DNA of 64,000 bases from Fimbriosthenelais zetlandica (taxonomy: Eukaryota): the NCBI GenBank assembly GCA_977030845.1, contig OZ365119.1, forward strand, positions 11,594,001 to 11,658,000, given 5' to 3'. The position numbers were made by a program, and so were the translations under genes. Of this stretch, positions 28,301-40,800 are shown piece by piece; the stretch's first letter is position 1, and every line of letters starts with the position of its first letter. The notes below the pieces were generated by a model that was not told the DNA's origin, searched no databases, and saw nothing but the letters and a program-made list of their open reading frames with translations.

Positions 28301-31300
28301 GATAAAAGATACTTTGTCTGTTTCTTAATAGTAATATGTTTTGATTTATTATTTGAGTTATTCAATTCTTCTTTCTCAACTATTTCTAGGACATTTGCGA
28401 TATCATGACGATCGTTTTGGAAGTTCAGAGTCTGTGGATTTCACTGAAGGCATCAAATCAGACATGAGTTCCTTTGCTCAGTTTAAACCAGTGAGTGATG
28501 AAGGTTGTGGAGTGACTAAGACATGTTTCCACCGTCCAGACGACTGTTCTTTACCTCAATGTGATTACTTTATCTCCTGGACGACTAATGGAGATTACAT
28601 CGACTTTGAAGTTAGCGGCAAAGTGGAGGAGCAGGAATACATTGCTGTGGGCTTTTCAGATGATGAAAATATGGTGGGTAGACTTTGAGTCCATTTTACT
28701 TAATTCAATGCATTTTGTCACGTATTGGAGATTGCTTCTCAACTTATTTTCTTTGTTTAGTATTCTGCAGCTACTGTGAATTGTCTGCAAGCTTCCCAAG
28801 GCACCAGCATGACAATAGTGACGGCTGTGAATGCTGCTAAAGATATGAGGGGCAACACTTTCTTAACCCCAGTAAGTTGAACTGTTACTTGGTGAAATAT
28901 CAAGGATTCTCTGGGAGATCTAGAGTGTTTCAACATCACTTTATTATTACAGAGTGGACTTGGACTTGACAGAGAGAAATCAGAAGGAGAGAAAGCAGAT
29001 GGCCAACTGTCATGTCGGTTCTCCCTCGTTAGATCTGCAGATTTGATCTCTGGAGAGAACAGTGAAGATACTGAACATTTAGCAGACTTTGACAACAATC
29101 GTTACCATCCCATCATGGCCAAGGGAGAGTTGGATAGTAATGGTAAGTAGAACTGAAGAGAAAGTAGGCAATGGAAAGCAAAGGTGACTTTTATCTTTCC
29201 TCTTATTCTGAAATATTTTTGGACCTGTGTCACTATAATTTAATAATTCATGTATTGCCTTTCAAAGTTCCCTTCTGTATAATTTCAGGACATTTGAAAT
29301 ACCATGGCTTCAGCAACCGTTTTGGAAGTCCAATTTCTGTGAATTTCACTAAAGGCTTCAAATCAGACGTGAGTCCCTGCCATCCTTGTTCCTTGGCTTT
29401 TCTCGTTCACCTTATGTTGAATAAATCGCTATAGATTTAATGTAGTGAGCTTTATTATAACACAAACCTTGACTTTCCCCTCAGTTTAAACCAGTGAGTG
29501 ATGAAGGTTGTGGAGTGACTAAGACATGTTTCCACCGTCCAGACGACTGTTCTTTACCTCAATGTGATTACTTTATCTCCTGGACGACTAATGGAGATTA
29601 CATCGACTTTGAAGTTAGCGGCAAAGTGGAGGAGCAGGAATACATTGCTGTGGGCTTTTCAGATGATGAAAATATGGTGGGTAGACTTTGAGTCCATTTT
29701 ACTTAATTCAATGCATTTTGTCACGTATTGGAGATTGCTTCTCAACTTATTTTCTTTGTTTAGTATTCTGCAGCTACTGTGAATTGTCTGCAAGCTTCCC
29801 AAGACACCAGCATGACAATAATGACGGCTGTGAATGCTGCTAAAGATATGAGGGGCAACACTTTCTTAACACCAGTAAGTTGAACTGTTACTTGGTGAAA
29901 TATCAAGGATTCTCTGGGAGATCTAGAGTGTTTCAACATCACTTTATTATTACAGAGTGGACTTGGACTTGACAGAGAGAAATCAGAAGGAGAGAAAGCA
30001 GATGGCCAACTGTCATGTCGGTTCTCCCTCGTTAGATCTGCAGATTTGATCTCTGGAGAGAACAGTGAAGATGCTAAACATTTAGCAGACTTTGACAACA
30101 ATCGTTACCATCCCATCATGGCCAAGGGAGAGTTGGATAGTAATGGTAAGTAGAACTGAAGAGAAAGTAGGCAATGGAAAGCAAAGGTGACTTTTATCTT
30201 TCCTCTTATTCTGAAATATTTTTGGACCTCTGTCACTATAATTTAATAATTCATGTATTGCCTTTCAAAGTTCCCTTCTGTATAATTTCAGGACATTTGA
30301 AATACCATGGCTTCAGCAACCGTTTTGGAAGTCCAATTTCTGTGAATTTCACTAAAGGCTTCAAATCAGATGTGAGTCCCTGCCATCTTTGTTCCTTGGC
30401 TTTTCTCGTTCACCTTATGTTGAATAAATCGCTATAGATTTAATGTAGTGAGCTTTATTATAACACAAACCTTGACTTTCCCCTCAGTTTAAACCAGTGA
30501 GTGATGAAGGTTGTGGAGTGACTAAGACATGTTTCCACCGTCCAGACGACTGTTCTTTACCTCAATGTGATTACTTTATCTCCTGGACGACTAATGGAGA
30601 TTACATCGACTTTGAAGTTAGCGGCAAAGTGGAGGAGCAGGAATACATTGCTGTGGGCTTTTCAGATGATGAAAATATGGTGGGTAGACTTTGAGTCCAT
30701 TTTACTTAATTCAATGCATTTTGTCACGTATTGGAGATTGCTTCTCAACTTATTTTCCTTGTTTAGTATTCTGCAGCTACTGTGAATTGTCTGCAAGCTT
30801 CCCAAGACACCAGCATGACAATAATGACGGCTGTGAATGCTGCTAAAGATATGAGGGGCAACACTTTCTTAACACCAGTAAGTTGAACTGTTACTTGGTG
30901 AAATATCAAGGATTCTCTGGGAGATCTAGAGTGTTTCAACATCACTTTATTATTACAGAGTGGACTTGGACTTGACAGAGAGAAATCAGAAGGAGAGAAA
31001 GCAGATGGCCATCTGTCATGTCGGTTCTCCCTCGTTAGATCTGCAGATTTGATCCCTGGAGAGAACAGTGAAGATGCTAAACATTTAGCAGACTTTGACA
31101 ACAATCGTTACCATCCCATCATGGCCAAGGGAGAGTTGGATAGTAATGGTAAGTAGAACTGAAGAGAAAGTAGGCAATGGAAAGCAAAGGTGACTTTTAT
31201 CTTTCCTCTTATTCTGAAATATTTTTGGACCTGTGTCACTATAATTTAATAATTCATGTATTGCCTTTCAAAGTTCCCTTCTGTATAATTTCAGGACATT

Positions 31301-34300
31301 TGAAATACCATGGCTTCAGCAACCGTTTTGGAAGTCCAATTTCTGTGAATTTCACTAAAGGCTTCAAATCAGATGTGAGTCCCTGCCATCTTTGTTCCTT
31401 GGCTTTTCTCGTTCACCTTATGTTGAATAAATCGCTATAGATTTAATGTAGTGAGCTTTATTATAACACAAACCTTGACTTTCCCCTCAGTTTAAACCAG
31501 TGAGTGATGAAGGTTGTGGAGTGACTAAGACATGTTTCCACCGTCCAGACGACTGTTCTTTACCTCAATGTGATTACTTTATCTCCTGGACGACTAATGG
31601 AGATTACATCGACTTTGAAGTTAGCGGCAAAGTGGAGGAGCAGGAATACATTGCTGTGGGCTTTTCAGATGATGAAAATATGGTGGGTAGACTTTGAGTC
31701 CATTTTACTTAATTCAATGCATTTTGTCACGTATTGGAGATTGCTTCTCAACTTATTTTCCTTGTTTAGTATTCTGCAGCTACTGTGAATTGTCTGCAAG
31801 CTTCCCAAGACACCAGCATGACAATAATGACGGCTGTGAATGCTGCTAAAGATATGAGGGGCAACACTTTCTTAACACCAGTAAGTTGAACTGTTACTTG
31901 GTGAAATATCAAGGATTCTCTGGGAGATCTAGAGTGTTTCAACATCACTTTATTATTACAGAGTGGACTTGGACTTGACAGAGAGAAATCAGAAGGAGAG
32001 AAAGCAGATGGCCAACTGTCATGTCGGTTCTCCCTCGTTAGATCTGCAGATTTGATCTCTGGAGAGAACAGTGAAGATGCTAAACATTTAGCAGACTTTG
32101 ACAACAATCGTTACCATCCCATCATGGCCAAGGGAGAGTTGGATAGTAATGGTAAGTAGAACTGAAGAGAAAGTAGGCAATGGAAAGCAAAGGTGACTTT
32201 TATCTTTCTTCTTATTCTGAAATATTTTTGGACCTCTGTCACTATAATTTAATAATTCATGTATTGCTTTTCAAAGTTCCCTTCTGTATAATTTCAGGAC
32301 ATTTGAAATACCATGGCTTCAGCAACCGTTTTGGAAGTCCAATTTCTGTGAATTTCACTAAAGGCTTCCAATCAGATGTGAGTCCCTGCCATCTTTGTTC
32401 CTTGGCTTTTCTCGTTCACCTTATGTTGAATAAATCACTATAAACTTAATGTAGTTAGCTTTATTATAATACAAACCTTGACTTTCCCCTCAGTTTAAAC
32501 CAGTGAGTGATGAAGGTTGTGGAGTGACTAAGACATGTTTCCACCGTCCAGACGACTGTTCTTTACCTCAATGTGATTACTTTATCTCCTGGACGACTAA
32601 TGGAGATTACATCGACTTTGAAGTTAGCAGCAAAGTGGAGGAGCAGGAATACATTGCTGTGGGCTTTTCAGATGATGGGGCAATGGTGGGTAGCCTTTGA
32701 GTCCATTGTAAGTAATTCAATGCATTTTGTGACGTATTGGAGATTGCTTCTCAACTTATTTGTACATGTATTTTGTAGTTCTCTGCAGCTACTGTGAATT
32801 GTATGCAAGCTTCCCAAGACATCAACATGACAATACTGACGGCTGTCAATGCTGCTATAGGGACGAGGGGCAACACTTTCTTAACACCAGTAAGTTGAAC
32901 TGTTACTTGGTGAAATATCAAGGATTCTCTGGGAGATCTAGAGTGTTTCAACTTCACTTTATTATTACAGAGTGGACTTGGACTTGACAGAGAGAAATCA
33001 GAAGGTGAGAAAGCAGATGGCCAACTGTCATGTCGGTTCTCCCTCGTTAGATCTGCAGATTTGATCTCTGGAGAGAACAGTGAAGATGCTAAACATTTAG
33101 CAGACTTTGACAACAATCGTTACCATCCCATCATGGCCAAGGGAGAGATGGAAAGCAATGGTAAGTGGGACTAAGGAGAAAAGGGGGAAGGGAAAGCGAA
33201 AAGTAACTTGTATCAACCCCTGAGAAAATAGTTGCAGGTTCAGAGATTTTCTACCTCTGTCACTATATTTTCTTAATCCATGTATCACATTTCAAGCTTC
33301 CTTTAATTCCCTTACACTTTTCAGGACATTTGAAGCATCATGATGATAGTTTTGGAAGTTCTATGTCCGTGAATTTCACTGAAAGCATCACCTCCGATGT
33401 GAGTCCCAGTCATCTTCATTCCTGTCTTTTCCCAAAAATCTCAAAGGTCTATAAATTATTCTAAGCTGTAGCTTACTACCCATCTTGACTTTTTATCAGC
33501 TGTTCTAGCACTGATCAGTGAGATAATAGTAGAACAGCCAAGGCCTGAAAAAGGCTTTATTTTGGGAGGTACCGTGCATGAAATAATAACATATAACAAG
33601 TGTTATATACCAAATGAAAGCTCTCAGCTATAAGGATCCAGGTAATATAATTGTTTGTCTTGTAGTTCCAGCCAGTAACCACGAGTGAATGCGGTAAGAG
33701 TAAGAGCTGTTTCAGACATCCTGCTAACTGTGAACCAGGTAACTGTGGTTACCTCGTCACCTGGAAAGTGAACGGAGATTACGTCGACTTTGAGTTGACT
33801 GGACCCACGGACAACACCAAGCAATACATCGCTCTAGGCTTCTCCTCCCATGGCAAGATGGTCAGCTTCATCTACACTTTAACAGAGTTCTATCTTAAAG
33901 CAACTATATGAATCTCTGTCCAGTTTTCTGGATTTATATGGGTTGTCCACCGGATGATGGGATTTTAGGTTGTCGTGATTCCGGAAAACTATGCAGTTAG
34001 CAGTAATATGGTTTTGGAATATGCCGTATTGCATTATTCTCAGTCAAAATTGTCAACAAAACCATTTAAATATCTATCATAAAGCAAAATACTCAGTCAT
34101 TGCCCTAAACTAAGTATCCTGGGGCTTCTTTCACAAGAAAGCGTTAGCCTACGGTTATGAAACAGGCCCCAAGTTTAGGGCAAGGACTATATCTATCTGT
34201 CTCACTTTGTTTCCAGTACACAGCACCTGTGGTGAACTGTATGCTGAATACCACTAGAGGAACTATTTGGGTGGCTTCAGCTGAGAACACAGACGCTCCT

Positions 34301-37300
34301 GCTAACAAGATTCTCTCACCGGTCAGTATCTCCCAGGCTACAGCTATCATTCTCCCACATTGACCATAGAAACAGGTGCGCCTACTCATCTTTTGCAGCT
34401 CTAAATGCTGACTCATAAATGATGATCAGCTGCAAAAGATGAGTTGGCGCACCTTGTATAGTTAGACAATGATTAGAAAAATCATGTAAATGTGGAAATA
34501 GATATAGTAGGAGACATCTTTGTGCTCCGAATTAGAAACATTATCAAGAAAGACAGTTCAAACATTTCTGATGAAGATCGTTTAGATATTTTTAATTTCC
34601 CTTTGCTGGATTAGTCTGACTTGGGACAGAAGTTGAACGCGTCATCAGGCGGGATGGTAGATGGTCAGATCTCGTGTAGGTTTTCTTATGTCAAGACTAA
34701 ACCTGTCGTACCTGAGACTGCTGTCCTACGTCCAGTCCTCTCCTTCCCTTATGACACCTACCTCAGTGATGACCGAGCCGCCGTCGCTGACCTGTCACAG
34801 CCCTGTCACCTCATCATGGCTAAAGGTCACGTCCAGTCAGGTACTCTTCACTTCCTATCTCCCTCTTGTACAATTAACTCTGCACCTGCACCTGCACAAA
34901 GGCTTACAGAGGCGACATTCCCTGATATGTAGACTTCCTATTCCAGGTAGCATAGTTTACCACGGCCCGGACAAGCTGGCGTCGGTTGACAAGTATAACT
35001 TAGATTCTCCAGTCTTCATCAATGTCGGGGGAGTCACCAAGAACACCCTCGTTCAGATTCATGGTAGGTTTTGGTTTTTTTTAGCTTCTATAAAAAGATG
35101 ACTGCTCCATTCCATTTTTAAACTGGCTGTAGTCCTTGAAAATCAACTTTATTGTAGAAATTCATCATTAAATGCCTTTAAGCCTGTCAGTGTGTTGATT
35201 GTTCACAGGTAGTCTCATGGTTGTTGCCTGGATGTTGCTGGCGGGGACGGGCATCCTCCTGCCTCGATACTTTAAACCCGCCTGGCCCAGTAAAACACTC
35301 CTCGGCAAACAAGTCTGGTTCCCTGTGAGCACAAAAATAACCCATACTCCCCAAACTTCTACCATCTTTCTATTGTCTTTCCTTTATAAGATAGACGTGA
35401 TTTCCTTTGTTCTATTTCTTCTCTTAAAATGCTTTACTCGAAATGTCTTTGAAAGAATTAATTTCTTTTTGGGTGGTGACGAGTTTGTGGCTGTAATACA
35501 TTTGTTTTGTCATACAGGTTCATGTCAGTCTGATGGTCTCTGCCTTCCTCCTCTCACTCTCATCTTTCATCATAATCTTTGTCCATGTTGGAGGATTCTC
35601 ATCGGTACGATACAGTCTATAAATACATAATAAAGATTGTATAATTATTAAGATGATTTTTTTTAGATTCTCCTGTCATTCAACTGCTAAACTATGATGT
35701 AAATGTCTTATGTTTTTCAGATGGATTTTTATCCTGACCAGGTCCATCCTATTCTGGGTATTATCACCATCTGTCTGGCTACTATCAATGTAAGTTGAGG
35801 CTCTCTACCACTTCATCTCGTAACTCTACAATTCCCGCTCTTCTTGTGTAACTTCTGGACCTCTCGCTGGCCTGCTCTTGTTCAGGTTTCTCTCGCTGCT
35901 AGCCTAGCGATGGCTTGGTGAACCTTCCGAATATCTTAGCTGTAGCACACGAGTTTGGGACAAGTTCATGTCAGTTACTGTATATTTATTTCTGTTTTTT
36001 TTTAGCCTGTTATGGGACTTTGAGATGTGACCCTGGTTCTATATTTCTATTTTTTTAGCCTGTTATGGGACTTTGAGATGTGACCCTGGTTCTATATTTC
36101 TGTTTTTAGCCTGTTATGGGACTGTTGAGATGTGATCCTGGTTCTATATTTCTGTTTTTAGCCTGTTATGGGACTGTTGAGATGCGATCCTGGTTCTATA
36201 TTTCTGTTTTTAGCCTGTTATGGGACTGTTGAGATGTGACCCTGGTTCTATATTTCTGTTTTTTTAGCCTGTTATGGGACTGTTGAGATGTGATCCTGGT
36301 TCTATATTTCTGTTTTTTTAGCCTGTTATGGGACTGTTGAGATGTGATCCTGGTTCTATATTTCTGTTTTTTTAGCCTGTTATGGGACTGTTGAGATGTG
36401 ACCCTGGTTCTATATTTCTGTTTTTTAGCCTGTTATGGGACTGTTGAGATGTGATCCTGGTTCTATATTTCTGTTTTTAGCCTGTTATGGGACTGTTGAG
36501 ATGTGACCCTGGTTCTATATTTCTGTTTTTTTAGCCTGTTATGGGACTGTTGAGATGTGACCCTGGTTCTATATTTCTGTTTTTTTAGCCTGTTATGGGA
36601 CTGTTGAGATGTGACCCTGGTTCTATATTTCTGTTTTTTTAGCCTGTTATGGGACTGTTGAGATGTGATCCTGGTTCTATATTTCTGTTTTTAGCCTGTT
36701 ATGGGACTGTTGAGATGTGATCCTGGTTCTATATTTCTGTTTTTAGCCTGTTATGGGACTTTGAGATGTGATCCTGGTTCTATATTTCTGTTTTTTTAGC
36801 CTGTTATGGGATTGTTGAGATGTGACCCTGGCTCCAGACATCGTCCGATATTTAATGTGGCTCATGCATCTGTTGGACAATGTGCCTTCCTAGGCGGAGG
36901 TGAGTGGTCACGGATAACTCATGTTTTTCTTTGTCAATGTCGACATGTGTGACGCGATCCTTTGCTTCTCTTGAAGCATCCGTCAGACTATAAGGGCCGT
37001 CCATCGTCTGTTATTGTGATTATTATGTTTTCAGCTGCTAACATCTTGATCGCCATGTTTATGAGTCAGACTAATGTTGCTGACTACAGTCGGTGGGTGG
37101 TTGTGGGTTACATCGCCTGGCATATAATCACTGAGCTCACTCTACTCATTCTATATCTCCTTCAAAACGACGCCACAGAGAGTAAGCCACTCTTACATTG
37201 TACAAACAATTCTCTATTGAACAAGTTGCCTTAAACTGCTTGAAACGAATCCAGAGAAAAGATGATAAATTGCCATTGACTATCTTTTGTTATTTTCAGG

Positions 37301-37842
37301 TTCATATAATTTTGCTAAAGATGTCGAAGTTGAAAAAGAATCGGGGGTAAGTAACATAAATCTTCTTGTAAGTTTTTATTCAATCTTGGAAATGTGAAAA
37401 GTGTGGAAACTGTTTTAAATGATATTAAATGATTGTATGGAGGTGAAGCATGCTGTCAGATGTCACATATACAGTACTCTCAGTTGGTATGTAATATCTA
37501 TATCAGGGTATTCCAATGGTGTCCAGTGGTTTAAGCGACCATGTGCTTGTCACACCATCACCGCAGCCTCTCATACTGGTGCGTGTACTCTACACCAGGG
37601 CCCGTTACATCACTCATTGTCTCTAACAATGGTTTATATAACAGGCCCAGCTCTTTACTTTAGTGCTTCTCTTCATGGGACAATTCGGTGGAGGCAAACC
37701 TTTACTTTTCCATAAATGTTAAAAGACGTTTTGGTTTTGTTTACAGGCTCCATATTCAACCCTTCAGTCGACCATCTTGTGCGTCTATGTTGTCGGGGCT
37801 CTCAGTTTTGCCATAGTTATCATCGTTTCTATAGTAACATAA
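22347..37842 (+). CDS. Multi-DOMON / cytochrome b561 ferric-chelate reductase-like protein (FRRS1/SDR2 family; signal peptide + 12 DOMON + b561, no Reeler seen), about 2,600 aa
   Basis: Signal-peptide exon 22347-22454. First module exons A 23286-23477, B 23565-23675, C 23757-23946, D from 24060. The module repeats 11 times to 33398. Divergent DOMON exons 33666-33860, 34217-34321, 34615-34840, 34947-35063. b561 and tail exons 35209-35324, 35518-35604, 35721-35789, 36800-36899, 37035-37181, 37300-37346, 37747-37842. Motifs: CGxTKxC, YIAVGFSDDxxM, CRF, YH; b561 His residues in IHGSLM, VHVSLM, VHPILG, AHASVG. Confidence 0.9.
22738..22809 (-). pseudogene. tRNA-like sequence (tRNA-derived SINE head or tRNA pseudogene) antisense in intron 1 of the reductase gene
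   Basis: Minus strand reads GTCAGGATGGTATAGTGGTTAGAACACTCGCTTCCAATGTGAGAGGTCCTGGGCTCGATTCCCGGTATGGCA. A box, anticodon arm (loop TTCCAAT, CCA) and B-box/T arm are present. The acceptor stem pairs poorly. Confidence 0.6.
23080..23206. repeat. Near-perfect long hairpin (about 55-bp arms)
   Basis: GGGATCAATGACCTCGCCTGGATTGGCTCGGCAGGTTAGAGAAAAGCTATTGACT pairs with AGTCATAGCTTTTCTCTAACCTGCCTCGCCAATCCAGGCGAGGTCATTAATCCC. Confidence 0.9.
23286..33398 (+). repeat. Intragenic tandem array of 11 DOMON-encoding genomic units (period 866 bp x6, then 1003 bp x4)
   Basis: The repeated A-exon ORFs end at 23492, 24358, 25224, 26090, 26956, 27822, 28688, 29691, 30694, 31697 and 32700. Introns are duplicated together with exons. 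Confidence 0.97.
34374..34454. repeat. Hairpin / mini-MITE (27-bp arms) in reductase intron
   Basis: AGGTGCGCCTACTCATCTTTTGCAGCT ... AGCTGCAAAAGATGAGTTGGCGCACCT. Confidence 0.85.
35985..36832 (+). repeat. About 53-55-bp minisatellite made of the 3' splice junction of the PVMGLLRCDPG exon (about 15 decoys plus the real acceptor at 36799)
   Basis: Unit TTCTATATTTCTGT(T)nAG|CCTGTTATGGGACTGTTGAGATGTGACCCTGG. The last copy continues as the real exon. Confidence 0.93.
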
Positions 37843-37896
37843 TGCTCTATATAAATACATGTATATAGGCTAGTGCATTTAACTACCCTGATCTCT

Positions 37897-40800
37897 TTAT
37901 CTGTGGTTAACTTCTGTTGGACAGTCTTTGTAGTCATGTGACCTCATGATAAGTCTCTCTATTTTGGAAGGTTTTAGTTCAGCTGGTGTTTGTGGTAAAG
38001 GTTTCTTGCTTGTTTCTGGTGGAATAAGGCAGACTAGTGCTGCCACCAAGCTGCACCCACCGTAAATTATAACCGGAATGGTCACATTGTACATCTCCTG
38101 AAAATAAGAATTTCAACAAAATAGTTACATATGCGTACTATGACATCTGTGGCCGAGGATCGGCACAGACTGACACATACTCACTTAAACCTGGAACACA
38201 CTAATCCCATTCTCCAGTCACCATCCAAACCCCCATTTCTAATGACATCCAATGATTGAAATGTTGTCAGTGGTTAACTTTACCTAAGTGTATAGGTCTG
38301 TTCAAATTACAATCATTTGGTGTGAACAGAAATATAGTTTCAGACATCTATCGGATGGAGCTGGATAGAGAATCAGATTAGTGTGATCCATGCAGGCTTT
38401 ATTGTTTTATTCTATTGATTATCTACAGACTTTTGTCGCTGGGAGAACTGGCACAGAGCTACACTGTGATGTATAAACTCAGTATCTGTATATTATCATT
38501 TCTCCCTGTTGTACGGGATCCACACTAGTTAATTTTCCAGTGTACTTTTGTCGCTGGAAGAACTGGCACAAAGGCATACATTTCCACACATAGGCTTACT
38601 GTTTCTACTATCATGTATATATATTCTTTTACAGCACAGAACTCTTTTAGCGAAGAATTGTATAACCTATATGGAGCAGCAAATAAATGCAAATTGGAAA
38701 ACGCATTAACCGACTGTGAACAAGTAGTAAGTAAGATGATGATTTTAGTCAGGAGATCCACATCTTCCCTCTTTGGCTTCTTACTGGATCATCATTTTCA
38801 CGACTGCCAATTAGCTTGTAAAAATCGACATGCGGCATTTTAAGCAGAAGAAAGGGGACCCTTGTATACCTTTATATATGTATAGGATTAAGAAAGCTTG
38901 GTGGAAGTAGAGGTGAGTACTGACCAGTTGCCATATGAAGGGAGCCAGAGTGCCGCCCACTTTACCGGCGATATTGGCCACACTGAGACCCACGCCTCTC
39001 TGGGTGGTGGGACACAGTTCAGCAGCGTAGATATACGCCGCATTCTCCGCACCTCCCATACAAAACCTGGCTACGAGAACCAACCCAGTCGCCACTGCCG
39101 AGGTTTCTGAATGATACCAATGAAAAAAGTGCTTAAAAAGGTTATATACTGCTCGCGCGATACGAGGGATATGTTTAACAAGCGGGACCCAGCCAACGAC
39201 TGCTCGCAGCCTTTTCCCTGCAATAGTTTTTTTTTCGGCGAGACTTGGCAGTGAGAGGTCCAGCGAGGGCTCGCAGGAGTTATGCAAAAGCGGGAATGAG
39301 TTAAATGGGGCTGAGTATGTACCCGATATAAGATGAGATGTAACGTGCCACTTGTTTATAAATACCTATTGGCGCAACTGTTGTAAGTAAGAGAGCCAAG
39401 CCCGCCGCGGAGAAGGTGAGGAAGCACGTCAGTCTACGACCAAGTCGTGTGGCTAGTAGAAGGTTAGCTGTAAAGCTTCCCGTGATGTAGGCCACTGACA
39501 GAATGAGCATGTTCAGGTACATGTTCCCAACAAAATTCTCAAGATGGAACAAGATGGCGAACCCAATCATGATGGCTGTAAACCTGGACAAGATCAGAAG
39601 ATTGATTTAACAAAGTCCTCAAAGCAAAAATACATTGCGATGTGCCTATAGTGAACTCCTGTGAGGATTGTCAGTGATAGAGACGAGGATGGTTTACCAT
39701 GTGAATGATATTAACATCACTCTAAACAGCAGTAGGCGATGGCACATGTCATTCACACATTTACCACTTGAAGAACTTTCCTGAAAAAATACGGATACAT
39801 ATTTCAGATGGCAATTAAAGAAAGAGAACATAGTGGCGATAGAAATATAGCTGTAGACGTATAGCTGTACTCCTAGTAGATTCCAGAATAAGCAACGACC
39901 AAGTTTTGAAGGATGACTTACCTCAGCTTTGATATTGAGACCATTGGGTAAAGATTTTTTGTTAACGCGAGCAATTCTGCTAAGATGCCTTCTACCTTCT
40001 GCCTGCCTGCCTTTAGCATAGTACCAGCGTGGTGATTCCGGAACGAAACTGGGTGCAAGAAACATGAGCTGCTAAAATTATCAACATTGAACTGGGTGCA
40101 AGAAACAGGAGCCCCTATATGGTTATCAACATTACATTGGAAGGTACATTCACTGGACAAATGTATTGCAACTTTCCCCCCATTGCAGAAGTTGAAGAGG
40201 GATGAAACGCAAATTATAGAACTTCTGCAATGGGCCTATTGCCTCATGGGTCATGTCTGAAGCTTATGCCTCGATACGTTTGTCTTATGGACTACATATA
40301 GGGGTCCATATTAATAAGATATGGGGAAACATCAGGCGATGTGTATATGGACTATACATACATAAAGATTAAGAGTACGACTGCAGGCAGAGTGTTGACA
40401 AGTTGAAGCAGCCAGCGTTCTCTGATGAAGTATGCTACTCCGGCCAAGAATGCGGGACCGAGAGCGAATGAGCATTTAAATATGGTTCCCACCGCCGCCC
40501 GCTCACCCGCCTCCACCAGCTCAGTTGCTGAAAAAAAACACCCGTATATCTTTTCCCACAAAGTCGACAAAAGGGATTTCATGGAGGATCTGTTGATTTA
40601 GATGTGGTTCCAGACATATACAAGACCAGTATACCAGTATAGTACAGTACTTTAAACATGAAAAAATACCCAGAACGATATCCTTACCAAAAATGAATAC
40701 TGCCAAGTAAATAGCCGTACTCAGGCCACATCTGATAAAGTAGAATATGGCGAAGACAGGGAAGGAATGGACGAACGCTTCAATGAGACGACAGATGGGA

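Noticed and set aside
23543-33116. Eleven repeated 113-121-aa minus-strand ORFs (MLSKSAKC...) and short plus-strand alternative-frame ORFs
   Set aside because: Antisense or out-of-frame shadows of DOMON exons B and C. They run across splice sites and recur only because the DNA is duplicated.
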